This document shows, piece by piece, positions 40,191 through 48,873 of a stretch of DNA of 64,000 nt. The first letter of the stretch is position 1, and each line of letters opens with the position of its first letter. This DNA is from a virus (lineage: Duplodnaviria; Caudoviricetes), in IMG/VR virus record IMGVR_UViG_3300032320_001009, positions 1 through 64,000 of that record; one strand, written 5' to 3'. Position numbers and translations under genes: made by a program. The notes below the pieces were generated by a model. The model saw only the letters and a list, made by a program, of their open reading frames with translations, did not search any database and had not been told where the DNA came from.

Positions 40191-40413
40191 ACAAATCACC
40201 AGAAAAATCACACCTAGCAATCCAGACGTAACAAAGAACCTCGCCTTCATCCTAGATGACGAAGTTGTAATAGTTATGGGCACAGATGAGCGTCACGCTG
40301 CTGTATTTCTCAGCAACCCAACAGTTGTAGAGTTTACCCGTGGTGCTGAAAACAACCCGCAACTTGGTTGGAAATGGGACGGCACAAACTTCACACCACC
40401 AGTTAGTGAGTAA
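40183..40413 (+). CDS. small hypothetical protein
   Basis: LAFILDDEVV...DERHAAVFLSNP...GWKWDGTNF; overlaps the previous gene. Confidence 0.65.
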   Translation: MTEQITRKITPSNPDVTKNLAFILDDEVVIVMGTDERHAAVFLSNPTVVEFTRGAENNPQLGWKWDGTNFTPPVSE

Positions 40414-40415
40414 CT

Positions 40416-40862
40416 ATGCCTAATTACAGAGAAGTCCGAGTATGGAGTGGCACTGAGTGGGAAGCACTAGCAATTGCTTACCCTGACTTAACTGCCTTTG
40501 CGAACAAAGGAGCCAGCAATACATTTACAGGAACTAACACCTTTAACGCTCCGATTGTTCGTCCTGCTCAAGTACCTACAGCCTTTGAAGTAGGAACTGT
40601 TAATTTAGTTACCTCTGCTAATGGTGACTCACTTATTATCGGAACTAAGAACTTTGATTTAGGACGTTTTACCCAAATTCCTTTTGTTATTGCTACGGTT
40701 AACTTTCCAACTACAGGTGTAAATGGGTTTGTAACAGTCAAGAGTCGCAGTACAACTTCTTTTGGTTATGAAGTAGATATGAACGTCCCCGTTCAAAACA
40801 GTAACTCAGGCACAGGTTTTCCTCTCAAGATTACTTATTACGCTATTCAATTAACTGTGTAG
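40416..40862 (+). CDS. minor tail protein, lectin-like C-terminus
   Basis: VWSGTEWE N-terminal motif, FTGTNTF, then a beta domain resembling H-type lectin (inference). Confidence 0.5.
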   Translation: MPNYREVRVWSGTEWEALAIAYPDLTAFANKGASNTFTGTNTFNAPIVRPAQVPTAFEVGTVNLVTSANGDSLIIGTKNFDLGRFTQIPFVIATVNFPTTGVNGFVTVKSRSTTSFGYEVDMNVPVQNSNSGTGFPLKITYYAIQLTV

Positions 40863-40870
40863 GTGTCTAG

Positions 40871-43081
40871 ATGGCAAAGTATTTAAGTGCTGTCTATCGT
40901 GGTGCGGTTTATGGAAACCCTCCTCGCCTTATTTACAATGCAGAGCCGATGGAGGCTTCTGCCATTGACTACGGGAAACTATCTGTTTATTGGAACTCGC
41001 CTTCGGGAAATTTTACAAAAATTCGTCTTGTTAGAAACAACGATAATTTTCCTGAAACAGAAGAAGATGGCGTAATTCTGTGGGAACAAGCCTCTACAAC
41101 TTCTTTAAGCGGTTTAGTAAGTCGCAATAGTTTTGTAGACGGAGAAGATAACTTTACTGATGGTATAACCTCAAACGACCTTCCTGTAACTCCAGGTCAG
41201 TTTATTTATTACACCATTTGGCTTTTTACAAACAACAGCGTTTGGATTCCTGCTGGTTACGCATCTGCTTTAATGCCAGAAAATCGCGGAAGTCAAAAAA
41301 CTTTATTTGAAATTTTGCCAAAGGTATACACAAGTCTAGAACAAAGCCCAACAGGGATTCCAAACCCTAATAGTTTTATATATAACTTTCTTCAAGGATT
41401 CTCGTTTACATTTGACCAAACATTAACGTATGCGGAATTAGTAAAGCCTTCCTACGGTCGTCGTAAAACTCCCCCTACACTTTTGCCCGCATTAGAAAAT
41501 AGTTTGGGGCTAACCCCAGAGCGTGGTATTCCATATCGTAATCAAAAGAAGTTAATACGTGAAGCAATTTACCTGTACCAAACTAAAGGAACTCTAACTG
41601 GTATCCAAAATTACATCGAAGCATTGAGTGGCTATAACCCAACAGTCACCATATCTCCAAACCTTATGCTAGATACCCAAGACTCTTCATTCACTAAATC
41701 AATTGGTCGTTGGACACGTACTTACGGAACTTTAACTGCCGTTAGCAATAAGCCTGGACCAACGGGTACAAATGCAATTGATACTGTGTGGTCAGGTCGC
41801 ATGGTTACTGCTGTATCAGTTGTTACTTTTAAATCGCGCTTAAACAACGTTGCTACATTAACTACAGGTGCTGCTCACGGATTAATTGCAGGTGATTCTG
41901 TTGCTGTAACAGGTGTGGATTCTTCATTTAACGGCAATGTCAGCGTTGTCTCTGTCCCTACCCCAACAACATTTACTTATGCAAATACTGATGTAAATGT
42001 CACACAAGTGGCTGCTACAGGTTCCGTGTCTAATACCTCATCAATGTCTCTTGGACGCGATAACCCTGTAAAAAACGGTATACCTGTTAATGCAAGCACC
42101 TCATATAAGTTTACCTATCACGCTGCTTCAGACTCAAATGGAAGTCTTGTTGCTCAAATTTTTTGGTTTGATTACTTAGGAGCACAGATTGGCGGTGCTG
42201 TTGAAGGCACTGTGTACGGAACTACGGGCGTGTATCAAAGAATTGAGCAGACCGCTACCTCTCCTGCAACAGCGGTATACGCAGGTCTTCGAATAATTTT
42301 CCGCAATCAAAATTCTTATAACATTGACATGGTTCAATTTGGCGAAGCAGCAAAGGTCTCTACATTTGATGAGGCTAGAGCATTTGACGTATTTCTTGAA
42401 CCAAGAAAAGTAAACATTATTGCTAATCCTTCTTTTGAAACAAACACCGATAACTGGACAACAAACTCATCAAAAACACGAGTAGCGGATGTACCAGCAG
42501 GTTTGCCAGGAGCCTATTCAATGAGGTTATCTGGGCAGAATAGTTTGGCTGTTTCCGCAAACGCAAACAAAGTCCCAACCACATACAAACTTACAGAGGG
42601 ACAGTCATACACATTTTCTTGCTACTTAAAAGCATCTGCAGCAGCATCGGTCAATGTAAACATCACAGCAGTAGATGACAATGGTCCAGGTTCAGTTACA
42701 GCAACAACAGTTGCTGCATTAACAACAGTGTGGAAAAGGTACTATGTGTCACTCTTTGTACCTGAAGGTCTCTCTGTCAGTGGCAACATCACATTGAGCG
42801 TAGGGTTAACAGGCACTCTTACTGGACAAAACGTCTTTATAGATGCAGTACAGGTTGAACAATCCTTTACTCCAACTGATTACTTTGATGGCTCACTACC
42901 TCAAGACGTAGGTGTTTTCTGGTCAGGAACAGCCCATGCCTCCTACTCGTATTATTACGTAAACCGTTTGTCTAAGATGCCTCGCATTATTCTGACACTT
43001 AAAGACTGGGTTCCTTACAACGCCCCGTACAGAATCCGCTCATTTAAGGGTTTAGAAGGCACAAGCGACACAGTGATTTAG
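40871..43081 (+). CDS. baseplate/tail protein (P2 gpI-like) with FN3-like and carbohydrate-binding modules
   Basis: LPALENSLG...QKKLIREAIYLYQTKGTLTGI (gpI-like); two CBM-like NPSFETNTDNW / YTFSCYLKA domains. Confidence 0.7.
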   Translation: MAKYLSAVYRGAVYGNPPRLIYNAEPMEASAIDYGKLSVYWNSPSGNFTKIRLVRNNDNFPETEEDGVILWEQASTTSLSGLVSRNSFVDGEDNFTDGITSNDLPVTPGQFIYYTIWLFTNNSVWIPAGYASALMPENRGSQKTLFEILPKVYTSLEQSPTGIPNPNSFIYNFLQGFSFTFDQTLTYAELVKPSYGRRKTPPTLLPALENSLGLTPERGIPYRNQKKLIREAIYLYQTKGTLTGIQNYIEALSGYNPTVTISPNLMLDTQDSSFTKSIGRWTRTYGTLTAVSNKPGPTGTNAIDTVWSGRMVTAVSVVTFKSRLNNVATLTTGAAHGLIAGDSVAVTGVDSSFNGNVSVVSVPTPTTFTYANTDVNVTQVAATGSVSNTSSMSLGRDNPVKNGIPVNASTSYKFTYHAASDSNGSLVAQIFWFDYLGAQIGGAVEGTVYGTTGVYQRIEQTATSPATAVYAGLRIIFRNQNSYNIDMVQFGEAAKVSTFDEARAFDVFLEPRKVNIIANPSFETNTDNWTTNSSKTRVADVPAGLPGAYSMRLSGQNSLAVSANANKVPTTYKLTEGQSYTFSCYLKASAAASVNVNITAVDDNGPGSVTATTVAALTTVWKRYYVSLFVPEGLSVSGNITLSVGLTGTLTGQNVFIDAVQVEQSFTPTDYFDGSLPQDVGVFWSGTAHASYSYYYVNRLSKMPRIILTLKDWVPYNAPYRIRSFKGLEGTSDTVI

Positions 43082-43111
43082 TTTTGGCGGGGAAAGTAGT
43101 ACTCTCCTCCC
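43077..43111 (+). promoter_or_regulatory. promoter for a leaderless transcript (TTTAGT-N17-TACTCT-N6-ATG)
   Basis: -10 TACTCT at 43100-43105 lies 6 nt before ATG 43112 and there is no SD. This is a typical actinobacterial leaderless arrangement. Confidence 0.5.
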
Positions 43112-43363
43112 ATGACCACACTAATCGACATCCTCATCACAGCCCTAGGAGTTTCATACTTCGTAGGACTTATCGACACCTTCATCGACCTTAGAAAACT
43201 CAAGGGAATTATTGGGTTGCCCTTTTCTGTAGGCATCCTGTACATCATGGGTTACTTGCCACTTGATTTCTTGGTGCTTGCCCCCGCATCTACATTTGTA
43301 GCACTAGGCATTACAATGCTCCTTGACCGCCCAGCAATAATCCAAGCCCCAAGGAGATTTTAA
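43112..43363 (+). CDS. small membrane protein (2-3 TM; holin-like?)
   Basis: 83 aa, mostly hydrophobic. Confidence 0.55.
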   Translation: MTTLIDILITALGVSYFVGLIDTFIDLRKLKGIIGLPFSVGILYIMGYLPLDFLVLAPASTFVALGITMLLDRPAIIQAPRRF

Positions 43364-43827
43364 TGCGACTACTAATTATCGGCTCAGCAGATGACATTGA
43401 TGTAACTATGGGTTTGCGAACGCTCTTAGACAAAAAGCCTTTCACAGAAATTCTTTTGCCAGATGCAGAGCCAAATGAAACCTACGACCAGATTATGATG
43501 ACCGCTTCAGAACGCGGTATTCCCGTCCGCCAGGGAGGTCAAACTGATTCCTTAATGAACGACCTTCAAGACGATGACGTAGTAGCAATTGCGTGGGATG
43601 ACTCAGAGGAAGCCTTTGAAGCCGTCTTACATCTTGGCGGAGGTAGAACAGAACTCTGGGATATTGCAGATGGGCTATCCATCATCGACGTTGAGACAGA
43701 AGCCCTTGAAGAACATTTGAGCCACGTCATTGAAGATTTCGTTGACTCCCTGACTGCAGTTGTCTACAAAATGGTTATGGACAACATCAACGGGGAGGGT
43801 CGGTTTAAATACCGCAAGCCTGAATGA
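43363..43827 (+). CDS. hypothetical protein
   Basis: Acidic 154-aa ORF, TAATG-coupled. Confidence 0.6.
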   Translation: MRLLIIGSADDIDVTMGLRTLLDKKPFTEILLPDAEPNETYDQIMMTASERGIPVRQGGQTDSLMNDLQDDDVVAIAWDDSEEAFEAVLHLGGGRTELWDIADGLSIIDVETEALEEHLSHVIEDFVDSLTAVVYKMVMDNINGEGRFKYRKPE

Positions 43828-44783
43828 GTCAAGAACTAACCCACCACCAATTCCGACTACTTGTAATCATCAACTCCTTAGCCGACTCCAAAGGGGTCGT
43901 GGAGACCTCGGTCGCCCACCTTGGGGAACTTACCTCAACCAAGAGCGATTCTCATGTCAGAGCCTCTCTCAAGGCTTTAGAGGGGCACGGTTATCTCGTA
44001 GCGCAACGGCGAAAAAGAAACCTTGGCAAGTACACAACAAGTCGCTACACCCTTTCACCATCGCCTCTACAGAGTCTATGGCAAGGTACACCACCGCCTC
44101 CACAGAGGCGAACAACAACTGGTACAGATGGCTATGTGCTTAAGTCAATAAGTCATAAGCCATTAGTACCTAATACTAATAAGTTAATAAGTTATGAAAA
44201 TATAAAAATACTCAAAATCGATGAGGAAACAATGAATCGTAAATGGCGAGATGAACAAGAGTCCGACGAGTCAATCGGTGGAATCGGCAAGTTGGACACC
44301 GAGGAAACCGCCGAGTCCGTGCCCCGCAACAATCCAAAGACACGAGGCAAAAGACCACAAGAGCATTGGACAGTCCGCGATGTGGCTGCAGAGTTTTCCT
44401 TTCTGGTCGGGCGACGCTTCCCATGGTTGCCAGGAACGGTCAACGTCTACAACTTGTCGGGTGCATTAGCCAAGATGCGAAAGACGCACCAAACGACAGC
44501 CCTGGTCGAACTAGAGTTGTTAAAGATGTTTATGGCAGATGAGAGCAACTTTAAGAACGTTGGCAATGAAGCACCACACTTGTATAAAGTTTATTTGGCA
44601 ATGTTTAGAACTCACATGAATAAGGCTCGGGAGAACCTAGGTCTTAATCGTCTTGGCGACATGAGCCAAGAACCAGTCGTTGAAAGTGAGGACATGCTTT
44701 ATGCTTCCGACGGTACGGCATTCCACAACACCCTGCTAGGGCGCAATGCGTTGGAGCGATATGAAAGGAAACTCAATGCCTAA
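43824..44783 (+). CDS. replication initiator-like protein (N-terminal winged HTH)
   Basis: FRLLVIINSLAD...SVAHLGELT...VRASLKALEGHGYL...YTL wHTH; low-complexity linker carrying repeats and an AT-rich tract; DnaC-like and DnaB genes downstream. Confidence 0.65.
   Translation: MSQELTHHQFRLLVIINSLADSKGVVETSVAHLGELTSTKSDSHVRASLKALEGHGYLVAQRRKRNLGKYTTSRYTLSPSPLQSLWQGTPPPPQRRTTTGTDGYVLKSISHKPLVPNTNKLISYENIKILKIDEETMNRKWRDEQESDESIGGIGKLDTEETAESVPRNNPKTRGKRPQEHWTVRDVAAEFSFLVGRRFPWLPGTVNVYNLSGALAKMRKTHQTTALVELELLKMFMADESNFKNVGNEAPHLYKVYLAMFRTHMNKARENLGLNRLGDMSQEPVVESEDMLYASDGTAFHNTLLGRNALERYERKLNA
44056..44220. repeat. candidate replication origin: two 19-bp direct repeats plus AT-rich tract
   Basis: CACCATCGCCTCTACAGAG (44056-44074) and CACCACCGCCTCCACAGAG (44089-44107), 33 bp apart. 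AT-rich 44140-44220 with AATAAGT repeats. Confidence 0.5.
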
Positions 44784-44946
44784 GTATGACTTCAAATGCG
44801 ACACCTGCGAAGGAAGCGTTGTAGAGATGCACTTGTCTTTTGATTCAACAGAGCGTCCTTCTTGCGACCGTTGTGGCAATCCTATGAGCAAAGTATTTAC
44901 ACCACCTGCAGTTCAATTCAAGGGAGGAGGTTGGGGCGGACAATGA
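44776..44946 (+). CDS. FmdB family zinc-ribbon protein
   Basis: MPKYDFKCDTCE...PSCDRCG...MSKVFTPPAVQFKGGGW. Confidence 0.85.
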   Translation: MPKYDFKCDTCEGSVVEMHLSFDSTERPSCDRCGNPMSKVFTPPAVQFKGGGWGGQ

Positions 44947-45026
44947 ACCTCACACTTATTCTTGGAATTTTAATTGGCATCCCAATCGGTTGGCTTATCT
45001 ACGAATTATTTATGGGTGACAACTAG
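44943..45026 (+). CDS. 27-aa single-TM peptide
   Basis: MNLTLILGILIGIPIGWLIYELFMGDN; ATGA overlap upstream and TAGATG abutment downstream; not in ORF track. Confidence 0.5.
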   Translation: MNLTLILGILIGIPIGWLIYELFMGDN

Positions 45027-45224
45027 ATGCCTAAGAAAAAGCCAACACTTCCAGTACTTGCTATTGTTGAGATGCCAGCATGGAAAGCAAAGATTATTGA
45101 CATTGTTACAAGTATTTTGTTTCCAGGAGAAAAGTACTTTGTACTAACATTTCAGGAAACAGGTATTACATCAAACGGCAAAGGCAAGTACACAGACGAC
45201 AAGGGAGTAACAGTTGACGTATAA
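45027..45224 (+). CDS. hypothetical protein
   Basis: 65-aa ORF filling the operon. Confidence 0.5.
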   Translation: MPKKKPTLPVLAIVEMPAWKAKIIDIVTSILFPGEKYFVLTFQETGITSNGKGKYTDDKGVTVDV

Positions 45225-45936
45225 GGTTGAGCAACTTCCGTCTTTACACCGCCATTGGTTAATGCGTAATTCCAATATCCCCATGCGATTTTTAGGTATT
45301 GAACCAACAGACTTAAACGCGGAGGTCCCGTCTGCCATTGGGGAATGGCTAGATGAGATGCTCGCTGGAACCGTCATCAAGCAGGTGGGTGGTCTCGGAC
45401 TGACAGGTGTCGGTCTCCTGCTTGATGGCGGGCCAGGTCTTGGCAAGACAACTATGGCGGTTACGTCTGCTATGGAGTTCGTCCGTCGCTTGCCAACAGA
45501 TGATATTGAAGCCAGAAAAATACTTAAGTACAGCAAGACAGATGACTACGGAATGCTCTCGCGTCCTATCTATTACTTAACATACCCAGAGTTTATGTCG
45601 TTGAAGAAATCAACCTTTGATGCAGACCCTGATGAAAAGCGTGAATTAAACCGCATTATCGAGGGATTACACGGAAGGGCTAAAGAAGATTGGTTAAATG
45701 TCCGTCTTTTAATCCTTGACGACCTGGGCAAAGAGTACGGAAGCAAATACGACGATACATCTTTTGATGAGATTTTACGCAGTCGATATGACCGTGCACT
45801 TCCTACAATAGTTACCACCAACGTTCTGCTGGAAAACTGGGGAACCCAGTACAGCAAAGCAATGGAAAGTTTTGGTAACGAAGCATTCATCCGAGTGAAA
45901 TTAGTTAACCAAGACTTACGGAGGATTAGAGCATGA
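45214..45936 (+). CDS. DnaC/IstB-like AAA+ ATPase (helicase loader)
   Basis: Walker A GPGLGKT, Walker B LLILDDLGKE, RYDRALPTIVTTN. Confidence 0.85.
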   Translation: MTYKVEQLPSLHRHWLMRNSNIPMRFLGIEPTDLNAEVPSAIGEWLDEMLAGTVIKQVGGLGLTGVGLLLDGGPGLGKTTMAVTSAMEFVRRLPTDDIEARKILKYSKTDDYGMLSRPIYYLTYPEFMSLKKSTFDADPDEKRELNRIIEGLHGRAKEDWLNVRLLILDDLGKEYGSKYDDTSFDEILRSRYDRALPTIVTTNVLLENWGTQYSKAMESFGNEAFIRVKLVNQDLRRIRA

Positions 45937-46235
45937 AGAAAGGCTCAAAATTGGATTCGTGGCGTACAGTGCAACTGTTCATCTCACCCACAGGTGTGTA
46001 TGAAGTGCAACTAAGTCCTGACGACCCAAAGCCACGCTGTTCTTGCTCTACATACAAAGTACGCAACTCTTGCAAACATACAGACTTTATTAAAGTCCGT
46101 ATGGAAGAGAACGACGGACACTACGCGATTCTGGTTCCAGATAACATCCCAGAAGAACTTGCTGAACAAGCAAGTGAAACCGCAGAAGCATTCCGAGCAT
46201 TTGTTCTTAAATATGCACGAGTTGAGGTGCTGTGA
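45933..46235 (+). CDS. SWIM zinc-finger protein
   Basis: CSC-X8-CKH. Confidence 0.7.
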   Translation: MKKGSKLDSWRTVQLFISPTGVYEVQLSPDDPKPRCSCSTYKVRNSCKHTDFIKVRMEENDGHYAILVPDNIPEELAEQASETAEAFRAFVLKYARVEVL

Positions 46236-46648
46236 GAAACGGCGACATCTCTAACGAAACCCCTGCCCGCATTATTGTTCTTGCGGATGTAGTTGCAAAT
46301 CGTAAAGAAGAAACAACACGTAAATTATTACGTACAACAACTTCTTTTAGTATTGGCGACTTAAAGAAGTTAGAGATTGCAAAATTGTGGACCTTAACAA
46401 ATCGTTATGGATTATCTGTCGAACTTGCTGGAATTGAATCAGACGGGTGGGACCAGCAATTGCTTGATAAGGTTATGGACATTCTTGACAGGCGTGGCGG
46501 AAATCCATTTAATTTTGCTCAGGTATACACTTCCACCCAAGAACTTGTAGATGACTTGCCGTACCGAGTCAATCTGCGTGGAGTAATTGATGTACAGAGT
46601 CGTGTTGCAATGTATGGCTCGAAAGGCGTAGAACTAGATAACTTGTAA
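46232..46648 (+). CDS. hypothetical protein
   Basis: GTGA overlap; 138 aa. Confidence 0.6.
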   Translation: MRNGDISNETPARIIVLADVVANRKEETTRKLLRTTTSFSIGDLKKLEIAKLWTLTNRYGLSVELAGIESDGWDQQLLDKVMDILDRRGGNPFNFAQVYTSTQELVDDLPYRVNLRGVIDVQSRVAMYGSKGVELDNL

Positions 46649-46660
46649 GAGGGGCATAAC

Positions 46661-47914
46661 GTGGCAGCAGATAACGAGCACAGATTAGTTTCAAAAGTAA
46701 TTCGCGACAGAGACATACTTCCAGTAATACAACGTGGCGTAAAAGCCGATTGGTTTCTTGATGAAGACAACGTTGATGTGTGGAAGTTTGTCATACGCCA
46801 TTACACCGAATACTCAGAAGTGCCTACTGCAGTAACTGTTAAAGACCATTACCCCACCTACAAAATTTTAGATGTACAAGACTCATTAGAGTTTCTTGTT
46901 GACCAAGCAGTTGCATTCCGCAGACGACTTATAGTTCGTCAAGGTTTAGAGCAATCTGTAGACAAACTAACCAGCAACGACCACGAAGGTGCTTTAGTTG
47001 CTATGGAAGCAACACTCACTCGTGTTAATGCTTCTGGTGTTCAAGGAACTAACGAACTTGATTTAACGAAGGATGCAGAAGGTCGTTTTGCTGAGTATCA
47101 AGATTTAGCAAATCACACCATGCTAGGAATTCCCACAGGCTTTGATGTTATCGATGAAGCAACTGCGGGATTACAGGGAGGACAGTTAGTAACGGTAATT
47201 GCTCCTCCTAAAACAGGTAAGTCACAAATAGCCCTCGCCATGGCAATCCATGTTCACACCAATGGTGGGGTTCCAATGTTCCAGTCTTTTGAAATGACAA
47301 ACCGTGAGCAACAACAACGTCACGATGGAATTCGTGCACAAGTTTCACATGGTCGTTTACGTCGAGGAAAACTCTTTGCAGATGAAGAGCAGCGATACAT
47401 CGACATGCTTAAAGCAATGGACGGCATGGCAAACTCATTTCATTTAGTTGATGCAGTTAACGGACTTACAGTTGCCTCACTGTCAGCCACCATCACTAAA
47501 TTAAAGCCAAGCATTGTATTTGTTGATGGTGTTTATCTCATGATGGATGAAACGACTGGCGAGATGAACACACCTCAATCTATTACTAACATTACTCGTG
47601 CTTTAAAACGCCTTGCTCAACGCCACGACATACCTGTAGTTGTAACTACACAGACTCTGTTATGGAAGATGAAGGGTGGAAAAGTTTCCGCAGACTCTAT
47701 CGGTTACTCATCTTCCTTCTTCCAAGATTCAGATGTAATCCTTGGTCTTGAACCAGTACCTGACTACGACGACCTGCGTAATCTAAAGATTGTAGCCAGC
47801 CGTAACTGTCCTACACGAGAAGTCGTATTGACTTGGAATTGGGAAACAGGTTGCTTCCACGAAGAAACCAAGATGGCTAGTTGTGCTATTTGTAAACGTG
47901 GAATTATGCCGTGA
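46661..47914 (+). CDS. dnaB: DnaB-like replicative helicase
   Basis: GIPTGFDVIDEATAGLQGGQLVTVIAPPKTGKS, FEM, IVFVDGVYLM, LKRLAQRHDIPVV, QDSDVIL. Confidence 0.92.
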   Translation: MAADNEHRLVSKVIRDRDILPVIQRGVKADWFLDEDNVDVWKFVIRHYTEYSEVPTAVTVKDHYPTYKILDVQDSLEFLVDQAVAFRRRLIVRQGLEQSVDKLTSNDHEGALVAMEATLTRVNASGVQGTNELDLTKDAEGRFAEYQDLANHTMLGIPTGFDVIDEATAGLQGGQLVTVIAPPKTGKSQIALAMAIHVHTNGGVPMFQSFEMTNREQQQRHDGIRAQVSHGRLRRGKLFADEEQRYIDMLKAMDGMANSFHLVDAVNGLTVASLSATITKLKPSIVFVDGVYLMMDETTGEMNTPQSITNITRALKRLAQRHDIPVVVTTQTLLWKMKGGKVSADSIGYSSSFFQDSDVILGLEPVPDYDDLRNLKIVASRNCPTREVVLTWNWETGCFHEETKMASCAICKRGIMP

Positions 47915-48873
47915 GTATTAACATCAAAGAGGTTCTAGATAATCTCAGCATTGAGACTATCCGTGAACGTGGAGATGAAATTCTTTGCCATTGTCCTTTA
48001 CACGTGCAGAACCTTGGTAAAGAAGACCGCAACCCATCCTTTTGGATAAACCAAGAAACAGGAGCAAACCTTTGTTTCTCTTGTGGTTGGAAGGGAAGCG
48101 TATTTACCTTAGTTGGACACGTTCAGGGATTCTTTGAAGAGGACGGCGTAGTCGACTATGAGCAGGTCAAACAATGGCTTGCTAACATGCAGGAAGTGTC
48201 CGTCGAAGAATTGGGCAATCGTTTAAAGAACATGCCAGCGTATGTTTCTTTACCGAAACCGATTCCAATGTCTGAAGCACGTCTTGCCCTCTTTACAGAG
48301 CCACCAGCATGGGCATTAGAAAAACGAAAATTAACTGCAGAAGCATGTAAGAAGTACGAAGTGCTTTGGGATAAAGATAAATGGATTATCGTCATTCGTG
48401 ACCCCTACACTGATGAACTAATGGGTTGGCAAGAAAAAGCAGAAGGTAAGCGGGACTTTAAAAACCGTCCTACAGGCATAAAGAAGTCTCACACGCTCTT
48501 TGGCTACAAGCACATGAGCAGCGAGCAAATAGTTGTTGTTGAATCTCCCCTAGATGTGGTGAGGTTAGAAAGTATTGGCGTACACGGTGCTGTTGCTACT
48601 TTTGGAGCATTAGTCAGTGACACCCAACGAAAACTGTTGGGTAGAAGTGTCCGAATAGTTGCAGCCTTTGATAACCCTCGCATTGACGATGCTGGTCGTA
48701 AAGCATGTGAAAACTTTTTAGTTTCTGCAAAGAAGTATGGTATGGAGGTTAACTTCTTTAACTACAACGGAATTGATGCAAAAGACCCAGGCGATATGCT
48801 GGAAGAGGACATTAGATTTGGGATTGCAAATGCACGTGACATGATTTTTGGTGAGAGGGCGTACCTTGTTTAA
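47911..48873 (+). CDS. DNA primase (Zn-binding domain plus TOPRIM)
   Basis: CPLH...CFSCG zinc domain; VVVESPLD and AFDNPRIDDAG TOPRIM motifs. Confidence 0.85.
   Translation: MSINIKEVLDNLSIETIRERGDEILCHCPLHVQNLGKEDRNPSFWINQETGANLCFSCGWKGSVFTLVGHVQGFFEEDGVVDYEQVKQWLANMQEVSVEELGNRLKNMPAYVSLPKPIPMSEARLALFTEPPAWALEKRKLTAEACKKYEVLWDKDKWIIVIRDPYTDELMGWQEKAEGKRDFKNRPTGIKKSHTLFGYKHMSSEQIVVVESPLDVVRLESIGVHGAVATFGALVSDTQRKLLGRSVRIVAAFDNPRIDDAGRKACENFLVSAKKYGMEVNFFNYNGIDAKDPGDMLEEDIRFGIANARDMIFGERAYLV

Noticed and set aside
43112-43363. Complete lysis cassette
   Set aside because: Only a small membrane protein is present, with no adjacent endolysin. The holin call is speculative and lysis genes may lie outside the window.
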